Assembly: GCA_964016885.1 (NCBI GenBank)
Contig: OZ024740.1
Coordinates: 264,430,001 to 264,494,000, forward strand
Length of the DNA: 64,000 nt
Origin: Eledone cirrhosa
Lineage: Eukaryota
Direction: 5' to 3'
A program made the translations under genes and the position numbers. Numbering within the stretch: the stretch's first letter is position 1; the number at the start of each line of letters is the position of its first letter. Shown here one piece after another: positions 54,536 to 64,000 of the stretch. A model generated the notes under the pieces. The model saw nothing but the letters and a program-made list of their open reading frames with translations, made no database searches and was not told where the DNA came from.

Positions 54536-56295
54536 CGACAACAACAACAACAACAACAACAGCAACAATATCAATATAACAATAATAATAACAACCAGAA
54601 CAACAATAATAAATATATAAATAAATAAGTATTGCTGAAAGCTGTCATACTTGCCGCAGGGGAAATAACATTTTAATGGAAACGGAACTCTCTTCTAAAT
54701 AATCGTTTCTTGTTGATGCTTCATAGCCTTGCTTTAATTTCAGAAACCTAAAGGAAGAATAAATAAACAAAAATATGCTTCTAGCTAGTATTTACGGAAA
54801 ACATTAGCCGCAAGCCATTTCTTTTATTTTATCTCATCTCTTCTCTTTACATCATGCTTTCTTGCAGTCTTCCTTTTTTTTTTTTTTTGTATTTTCTTAA
54901 CTAAAGTTGCAACCTATGACGGTGTTCTAACAATACGATCAGATTATCTTTACAGAAAATCTTCAAGTACACCATTATATTTCTTTATATATATATTCAG
55001 AAAGAACACTTAGAAATAATGTTGCACTAGCTAGAATCAATTACAAAGGCAGCACTTATTTCTAGTAAGTTACTAAATACTATAGGTTTCCATATTGTCT
55101 ATTATCTACTGAATAATAAAGCTTGTTTTCTGTTTGTATTTTATGGAGAGCAAATGTAACTATATTTCAATGGATGTTAAAATAATGTATATTCGCGTTA
55201 TGGTGAACATCGACAGAAAGGCATTTTACACACGCACCTGTATATGCGTTTGTATGTGGATTCACATTCACATGCATGTATACACACATATCTATCTATA
55301 TACACATGTAGAGATCACGAACATTTACATATGAATATAATTATGCTTATACGGATAAATATAAAACCACATAATGCTACACGTGTGTGTAATGACATAC
55401 ATACACGTTTATATATGTATTCCTTTAGATCGGGGGGGGGGGGGGGGGGGGCATTAAACCAATAGATACACATGGACAGGTTAAAGCTTAATTTGTTGTA
55501 GTTAATTAATTAAATAATCACGTGATTGATTGGTTTGCCAGTATCTTTCAATAAACAATCGTTTCTACGCAATGCTCTGTTCTTTCTTTGTGTGTGCAAC
55601 ATTAGAATCTACTTGAGAATGTATGTTGTGTGTGATTGCAGATGATTGGCAATGTTGCTTTTCGTTTTCTCTAGTTTCTAATCACAATTTGATGGCTTGT
55701 ACGAGCAGTCTTGTACTGACATGTCTGAAAAGATAAACTCAATGTTCACCTTGATAATTCGGTGAATATCCACAGTTATACAAATGTATTGAACACGTTA
55801 AAACGTTGGGCTTGCAAACGTCAGGTTGTGAATTCGATTCCCGGACCGGGTGATGCGTTGAGTTCTTGAGCAAGATATTTATTTCATGTTGTTCCAGTTT
55901 ACACAGCTGTAGAAATGTGTTGTGACGTCAATGCTACCAAGGTGTATCGGCCATTGCCTTTCCCTTAGACAACTTGGTGGCTTAGAGAGGGGAGGCTGGC
56001 TTGCATGTTGAACTGCAGGTCTTCCACAAAACACCTTGCCCGGACTTGTGCCTCGGAGAGGAATCTTTCTAGGTGTATATTCCATGCCCATTCATGATTA
56101 AAAGGGGATCTTTATTTTTAGATATTTCGATAAGGTACTGTCTAAGTCAGCCTTATCAGGAAAATGTTATCTATGTCATAAAACCGAAACATATATTTGC
56201 AGCTTTCTCCTATATGTGCGTTTGTGTATATATGTTTATATGTATATATATATATTATATAAACAGGTTAAAATTAACATCGTTTATTAATGTTC

Positions 56296-56354
56296 GCTGT
56301 TATATATATTTTGGCGATAATCATTATGCAACAGCTATGACATCATCAGACAGC
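56296..56354 (-). ncRNA. Degenerate hammerhead (GAAA changed to AAAA)
   Basis: GCUGU-CUGAUGA-...-AAAA-UAUAUA-UA-ACAGC. Confidence 0.5.
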
Positions 56355-56816
56355 TAGACGTTGAACAGAAAAAAAAACATAATGATGGAATAAAGTTTAC
56401 CTCTGTTTCAATTTTTTTTTATATGCTCAGTGCTGAAGAATGGTTTTGTTTTTTCAAAGCACTGGTCGCATATGATTTAGAATGAACGAATTTAAGCAGA
56501 ATCTACCTCCTTGGTCAGATTTATTCTCACCATTTCAAAACCAAGACTATTTAATTTCTTAGCTCAGTTGTCCTGGAATCAGGTCAGTTGGTTAGGGTTG
56601 TTTTTAGCAACCAACTATAATAACTGTATATACCTTGAATATAATTGAATATAAAAGAAAAAGGAACACAGATATATACATATATGTGTTCAAATCGTAA
56701 GGGATCAGATTGGCTAAGGTGAAAAGAATACTAACTATAGACAGTAGGGTTTGCCAGACTCAATTTAAGAATAAATCAAGCAAATAAATACAAACTGGAA
56801 TTGTGGTAACTACCAA

Positions 56817-56896
56817 TCACCCAGACAGCTTTGGTAATGCTGTTTCACAAAATTAATTGTGAAAAGGAATACCGATTCTTGCTCATCAGTGGGTGA
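56817..56896 (-). ncRNA. Intact canonical type I hammerhead ribozyme
   Basis: UCACCCA-CUGAUGA-GCAAGA...UUUUGU-GAAA-CAGC-auuaccaaa-GCUG-UC-UGGGUGA. Confidence 0.85.
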
Positions 56897-57976
56897 AGAA
56901 TTAGTATTCTGGACACTTCTAAGTATATTAAGAAACTGAATTGTGTGCATATATATAATAACGCACAAGGTATCTGAATTTAGCGTGTCTCACAAACTCA
57001 CACCACTAAAAAAAGCAGCCAGGTTTACTCGACATTTGAATTAGCTCAACAAATTAACGGAGCCGAATATATCAAAGGTATATCAAAGGTATATATTTGA
57101 ACACATATATGTATATATCTGTGTGCGTTTTTATTTTATTTTCAATTATAATATAGGGCTCGGAAAAGTTTCTTTCCAAGAGTTATTTTATTGTAAGAGA
57201 CTATTTTGAGTTTCTAACTCAATATACACCTTTGATATACCTTGAAGATAGTAATGTTTTGGCCTCAGCGATCTACGTAGCTGTAATAGTGACAGTAGTG
57301 TTTACATGCTCCTACCACTCCTCGGGTTGAATATGTATGTGTCTGTGAGTGTGTGTGTGTGTGCACGTTCATTAGGTACGTATTATATATACACACATAT
57401 ATACATATATGCCGACAGACAAATAAAATGAGGCGAAAAGCTATGCGTGTGTCTGCTTGAATGTATGTATGTGTGTGTCTGTCTTAGTATATGCATGTAA
57501 GTGTATGTGGGAGTGTATGAGTTTGAAGGTGTAGCAACAATTTATTCATTTGGACACCAAGAAAAAAATGACACGATGAATATTGTTTACCCTAACGTGC
57601 TTCAGGATTGACAGATTTTTCCTTCTAAGTTCTATGATCATTACAATATATATAAATACATATTCGTATACATATATGCTTACATACATACACTCGCACA
57701 CATATATATACACATATACACACATATATATATATATACACATATATATACACACACACACATATATATATATGCGCACATATATAAAAGCAATTATTAC
57801 TTTTTGAAAACAGCTGGTGATATGCATGTAAGTAAATATTCTCCCTATCTGAATGTTTGTAAACTTACATAGATCAATAACTGAGTATAGATACAATGCA
57901 TTATCACGATCTAGAAACGATCGTAAAGCAGTGAAGTATATCTCTGATAACTTGATTTTTTATTTCATTGTTTTAA

Positions 57977-58074
<98 letters not shown>

Positions 58075-58154
58075 AACATATACATATATATACATATATA
58101 TTTATAATATATATATATATATATACGTATATATATGTATGTATGAATGAAGTT

Positions 58155-58225
58155 AGTCCTTCATCAGTGATCTTCCAACCATCATTGGTATTTCATCGCT
58201 TTAAAGACCATATACCTCCGGTTGG
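58155..58225 (-). ncRNA. Candidate non-circularly permuted hammerhead
   Basis: CCAACCgga-GGUA-UA-UGGUCUU-uaaagcgau-GAAA-UACC-aaugau-GGUUGG-AAGAUCA-CUGAUGA-aggacu. Confidence 0.65.
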
Positions 58226-59251
58226 TGCGAGCAACGGCTAAAAAAAGTCGTGGGACACGTAAATAAAGGGAATACGAGAGTGTAAACAAACAAAGATGGT
58301 GAAGCAACGAAAAGTGAGGAAGAAGGAGTCACGTCCAAAATTTCCATGAATATAAGTTCGGTGAAATCGTGAGCGAGAGAGAATAAAGACCATCAAACCT
58401 GGTTGGAATGTGAGCAAGGAAGGAATTCCGTACAGGTCTAACGGGAGGAAGAAGGAATCTAGTCTGTGAATTCGGTAAACATAAGTTCTGTGAAATCGTA
58501 GACGAGAGAGAGAAAAAAAGGAAACCTGCCTTACCAAGGGTGCGAAAGAAAGGAATTACGCACAGGTCAAACGGAAAGAAGGAGGAGGAGGAGATGTAGT
58601 AACAGAGAGTGAGTGAGTGAAGGGTGAGGAATAGGCTAACAGAGAGAGTGACTGCTAGAGAGTGTAAAGATACAGAGAAAGAGGAAGCAGTAAGAACGAA
58701 ATAGAAGGGTCACAGAGAGGGACAAAATATGTGTAAATATGAGAATAAACGTGCTGCGAGGTTGCTAATGGGTTACATATGAATAAAGTTAGTCCTTCAT
58801 CAGTGATCTTCCAACCATCATTGGTATTGCATCGCTTTAAAGACCACATACCTCCGGCGGTTGGTGCGAGCAACGGCTAAAAAAAGTCGTTGGGACACGT
58901 AAATAAAGGGGATACGAGAGTGTAAACAAACAAAGATGGTGAAGCAACGAAAAGAGAGGAAGACTCTCTCTCGTCTACGATTTCACAGAACTTATGTTTA
59001 CCGATTTCACAGACTAGATCCCTTCTTCCTCCCGTTAGACCTGTACGGAATTCCTTCCTTGCTCACATTCAAACCAGGTTTGATGGTCTTTATTCTCTCT
59101 CGTTGACGATTTCACCGAACATATATTAATGGAAATTTGGGACTTGAATCCTTCTTCCTCACTTTTCGTTGCTTCACCATCTTTGTTTGTTTACACTCTC
59201 GTGTCCCCTTTATTTACGTGTCCCAACGACTTTTTTTAGCCTTTGCTCGCA

Positions 59252-59322
59252 CCAACCGGAGGTATATGGTCTTTAAAGCGATGAAATACCAATGATGGTT
59301 GGAAGATTACTGATGAAGGACT
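59252..59322 (+). ncRNA. Candidate non-circularly permuted hammerhead (inverted copy)
   Basis: Same motif, with a G-C to G-U change in helix I. Confidence 0.65.
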
Positions 59323-59389
59323 AACTTTATTCATATGTAACCAATTATCAACCACGCAGCACGTTTATTCTCATATAAATGTATATGAG

Positions 59390-59798
59390 ATGACCCATTA
59401 GCCTTTGTCAAGGCAGAATTCTAGGAGAAGGAAAACTCTGATATAACACCTGCAACACTGATGGTATCCAATGATGTTGACTTGTTCTTCTTTTTGGTAA
59501 ATATCATCTTGGTTAAGAGAGTGGAACTGGCTTTGTACAGTCCCTTTGCTCACTATAAAAGCTTCATGGCACAAGCATTGCTTTATATCTGGAGATCTCT
59601 GATCTCTCTACACTTGTCGTCATATGGTACGATGGACCCAGCACTATGTTTCAATAATTGTCACAAGTGTAGTGTTTGTACCAGAGTTTTCAAGTCGCCA
59701 GCTGGGCTAAAAAGTCACACTCGTTCAGCACATCGGTAGGGGATCTCCTACATGGATATAAAGTAGTGGCCGTACTCGAAAACGAGTTGGCAGCCACC
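59390..59798 (+). mobile_element. Bipartite RTE-derived element
   Basis: RTE-5'UTR-like GGAGAAGGAAAACTCTGATATAACACC joined to the zinc-finger 3' end shared with 6902-7233. Confidence 0.55.
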
Positions 59799-59810
59799 AT
59801 ATATACATAA

Positions 59811-59896
<86 letters not shown>

Positions 59897-60498
59897 GGAA
59901 GCTTATTACAATCTAAGCTTTGGCTGTGGGCAAGCAAAGTCGACCTACAATAGGAGTGAGTTATCAAAGCATTCAATAAGAGTAATAACATGCGTTTAAA
60001 TAGCTTGACAAATTGAACATTGTGGTAGGCAAAATCTAACCACACCAATACCAAAGTAACGAAAAAACTAACAGGTTAAAAAGATACACCTGGACAAATC
60101 AAACGATACACGTTTAAATTGTTTCTATGAAAATCGAAATCAGTTATCCATCTTACGTAACAGGCACGTTCGTGGTATTCCATGTTCGAACAGAGGATTC
60201 ATTTCATCAACAGGGATTCCGTTCTGCCACAAATCGGAGTAGACGAGCTAAATGCGGTCGCTAGAAGGCAGACAGCGAACACTTAGTTGTCACGTGTTAT
60301 TTCCAACAAGGGAATCAACCCCCGGTTTATGGCGGGTAGATTCAAAGTGTTATATATATATATATATATATATAAATGCATATATACACATATAAGCATG
60401 CATAATCTAAACATATATGCTTGTCTATACTTATATATCAACACGTTCTAATATTAACATAAAATCTTTCCTAAGATGGGCTTTTATTTTATAAAATA

Positions 60499-61450
60499 CT
60501 AGCAGTAAAGCCCGGCGTTGCTCGGGGTCGCTCAGTAGCTGTGTTAAAGTTACAATGTTAAGTTTCTTTCTTGGCTTAAAAACTGTAGTGTCTACTGTGC
60601 AGACTTGCATGTGGTGTTTTTAATTAATATTCCCTCAACCAACAATATGCCTTATGAAGTTAAGAAAACATAACGATAACCCGAATGTTATAACAAAAGA
60701 GGATGCTGGGGATAGAAACTGCACTGGTCATTTATTAACAAAGATGGAAAATGTAAACACTGCAACGCAGAGAAAAACATTAGCGTAACCAAATTATCAG
60801 TTATGTCTGTCTGCACGCCTATATCACCTCTCTGCACGACTATCTGTCTGCACGCCTATATCACCTCTCTGCACGACTGTCTGTCTGCACGCCTATATCA
60901 CCTCTCTGCACGACTGTCTGTCTGCACGCCTATATCACCTCTCTGCACGACTGTCTGTCTGCACGCCTATATCACCTCTCTGCACGACTGTCTGTCTGCA
61001 CGACTGTCTGTCTGCACGCCTAACGACGAAATATTTGCTTGTTTTACGTAGTCTTTAAATAGACTTGTTTTCAAGTAAAAATATTGTTTTAAAATGCTTT
61101 TAAATGGAAATGAAGCAAAACGGAAGCTTAGTGTTCGAACTGATGAATTTTGCAGGTCAATATTTTGCTGGCTCGACAACTGTTAAAGCCAGCGTAATTT
61201 TTTACGTAAGACGCTCAATGTAAACAGAACAAAGGGAAATAACTGATAACTTAGGCTCAAAAATCGATACATTATATTCGATTTCGTTACATAGGGTGGG
61301 TGAATTTGAAATATTTTTTTTTCCGATGTCTTCGCTAGGGCTCAATGTACAAGTATAGCAATTTCGGTGCAATTCCGTGAGAGATTCTAAGAGGAGATGT
61401 GTGCCAAAAATCGATAGACAGACAGACAACCACAGTTTTATATATATAGA
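60499..61450 (-). mobile_element. Non-autonomous Helitron, second copy
   Basis: A|TC...CTAG|T termini on the minus strand; 37-bp minisatellite at 60805-61020. Confidence 0.9.
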
Positions 61451-61599
61451 TTGACACAGAAATGTCAAGTTCAATAACATATATTCATTTGAAATCTACA
61501 TAGGCACACACAAACACACATATACTCACACACATAAACACAAACACATAAATAAATAAATATACGTATATATATATGTATATATATAAATATATATAC

Positions 61600-61915
61600 A
61601 TATTGTTATACTTTGGGAGGGTCATGTTGCCAATAAGAAACACACGCACCACGGCTTTCACTTCAATTTATTATAAATTAAATTATAAATTTAATAATTT
61701 ATAAATTTCCGGTTGGTTGGTTGGCTGGTTCCAAAACCGGACGGTTGTTCACATATTGTCAAAGTTCTTTCGCCACACATGATGTGACTTCTTCAGTGAC
61801 TGGGGATTATTTTCTTTGTTTTGTGCCTCACCTTTCTTCTGTCCTACGCCATCTTGTTTTTGTGTGTGTTGTCAACACACACAAAAACGAGATGGCGTAG
61901 GACAGAACAAAGGAA
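61600..61915 (-). mobile_element. PLE-A-related pLTR with HHR (61758-61800) and a 35-bp fold-back centred at 61872
   Basis: Aligns to 10918-11190. Confidence 0.85.
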
Positions 61916-61916
61916 T

Positions 61917-63466
61917 ATGATAGACTATTGGTAATGTCGTTAAAGACTACACACTGGTGTAACTAATGAAATGGGGCACGTTGGGTGCAAATTTGAAGGC
62001 CTAGAAAAATAATGTCAATTTGGATCGAAGTGGTATGTTCATATGATAAATTGACTATGAAGTTATTCGTGTTTAGGTAGCAGGTTCGTAAGATTACCCA
62101 AAACCCGGTCTGGCCAAGAGGAAGACTATAGCGGAGGTAGGCCCGACTGAACATACGCTGTGCAGCTTCCTGGTGGGAAAACAATGGGTGGATGATGGTG
62201 TTATTCCACGTTGTTTAATGGTAAGTCTACCGCCGGTAAGTCAGGCCGAGGTGCGGTTTGAGAGCCTCGGGTATTATAGTGATTATTCAGTATCTGTGGT
62301 CTATCTTTAGAATGATTGTTGTAGTCGGGGGCTGCAATTGATAACAGTTTCGGCCCGACTATGCTTGCAATATTTAAATGTTTCTACTTTTGGGACAAGG
62401 CCAGCAATTAATCCAGTGCATTACTGGTACTTTATTTTATCGACCGCGTAAGGATGAAAGGCAAAGTTAACCTCGGTGTGATTTGAACTCAGACAATAAA
62501 GGGCCGTAACTCTTTGCTGCAAAGCATGGCGTCCGACCCTCTACCGATACTGCCAATCAACCAATACAGTTTCATTAGGCAGAGTTTGGATAATATAATT
62601 AGCGAGGGAAGTAGGGTTTCTAAGTTTCCTATTCCTAAACGAGTGGAGATGCGCTCGAAATCTAGTCAAGCAGTAGCCTCTGAGTTGACAGTTGACAGGG
62701 TTACGACAGTTGCGTTATTATAGTTATAATCATGCGAAATAGTGCTATTTCTATTTCTCGTGTTATAGCGTTTCTAACCATGTCCACGGTCACACTACTA
62801 GCGCTGCAATTAGTTTCTAAGGTGGCGTTATTGTGTATGCTATTTCTAATACTAAGAGACCTGTCCTGGTTACTAATATCGTTATCGTGCAGGGCGACAG
62901 AATTGTTAAGGTTGACCGAGTTGTCAAGTTCCCTAAAATTCTCATTACAGGCATGTTGTATTCTAGTGAGCGCTTACTCTGGTTGCTTATTGCTATGAGG
63001 TCGGCTAGATTAGGTGTAGTAGAATAAGAAATCTTGACGTTATTCTTATTGAGGATGTTCTAGTATCTGTGGTTAGGTGGGAAGTTCCTCAAGGCGTCGA
63101 AAAGTATTCTGGGTAAATTGGAGGCTACACTCCGAGGGTAGGGGTGCTGGAACCATAGGACATTACGCCGGCTTTTTCGCGTTGTTTTGGGGTTATTGCG
63201 GGGGTTATTGCCGTTGTGGGTGTCCCTATCAAGGCAGCAGGGCTGCTGGCTAATGTGGGCTCTGTTAGCATTATGCCTATGTTTACGACCACCCCCAGTG
63301 CGGCTGTTCTGGCCTAAACCCGAATAACTTCCTAGACAATTGATCATATGAACATACAACTTCAATCGAAATTGACATTATTTTTCTAGGCCTTCAAGTT
63401 CTCACCCAACGTGCATTAGTTATACCTGTGTGTGGTCTTTAACGACTTTACCAATAGTCTATCATA
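61917..63466 (-). mobile_element. Decayed Naiad-type PLE fragment bounded by ~155-bp inverted repeats; SINE inserted at 62375-62556
   Basis: RRNVLWFQHPY...FPPNHRY*NILNKNNVKISYSTTPN; NCRNPVNC.L.GYC...HSFRN; 61917-62077 is inverted at 63312-63466. Confidence 0.75.
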
Positions 63467-63741
63467 GTCACACCTTAACACGGTTTCATTTATACTGAAT
63501 TGACCAACCCTGCATATGTTAATTCCTTTTAAATAATAATTAAAAAAATTGTCCATAGCTGGTACTGGTCATAGGTTAAACAGTAAACTTTAAACTTGCA
63601 CCGTAATTACCTCCCTTGGCAAACTATACTCCTTCACCGTGTTTATAAGTTTAACATTTTAATTTAATATGCATGGCGATGTAAAACTATTATTTTCCCC
63701 TCTTAGGGTTTGTAATTAAAACCTTTGCCTTTAATATCTAC

Positions 63742-63776
63742 CTCCGACGAGCGCCATTGGCCGAAACATGTGTAAG
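63742..63776 (+). ncRNA. Degenerate minimal hammerhead candidate
   Basis: CU-CCGACGA-GCGCCAUUGGCC-GAAA-CAUGUG-UA-AG; helix I is weak. Confidence 0.4.
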
Positions 63777-64000
63777 ACCTATATAAATATATGTTTTAAC
63801 GGCTTGTAACTCTTTCATTAATTGTTTTGCATATTACAGCTCTGCTTAACCATTACACTAAATATTAACCATGATAACTCGAGCATTGAGCACTTACGCA
63901 TCCGCTTTTGGCATGTAATTTTGGCACCTCTTTATACCTCTTCTTTCTAACCTCTTTTACGATACTGTAACCTATTATTATATATGTATATATAGGGCGG

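Larger units (their letters stand above)
58143..59376 (-). mobile_element. Non-coding element: 636-bp tandem unit (58152 to 58788) plus fold-back copy 58964-59376, with three permuted-HHR motifs
   Basis: 58150-58325 is repeated at 58786-58963; 58964-59376 is a reverse complement. No credible ORF. Confidence 0.85.

Overview
Eukaryotic, AT-rich, apparently intergenic or intronic DNA with no recognisable host gene. The abundant (TA)n/(CA)n tracts and the SINE types suggest an octopus-like cephalopod genome (inference). The window is a mosaic of decayed mobile elements: several families of Penelope-like retroelements (PLEs, including Naiad-type RT/GIY-YIG copies), two Chapaev3-type DNA transposon relics, non-autonomous Helitrons, tRNA-derived SINEs, and RTE and Tx1/L1 LINE scraps. 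The unexpected layer is RNA. By eye I find about 30 hammerhead ribozyme (HHR) motifs from roughly 15 sequence families. They include rare core variants (U3:A8 covariant, U4A, U4C), very long helix II forms, and a family whose three strands lie in a non-circularly permuted order supported by compensatory base changes. Several HHRs sit in non-coding tandem units of about 320, 533 and 636 bp that look like retrozymes, and many PLE/HHR inserts carry a fold-back inverted duplication, up to a 2-kb near-perfect palindrome. All calls are by eye; no folding software or database search was run.
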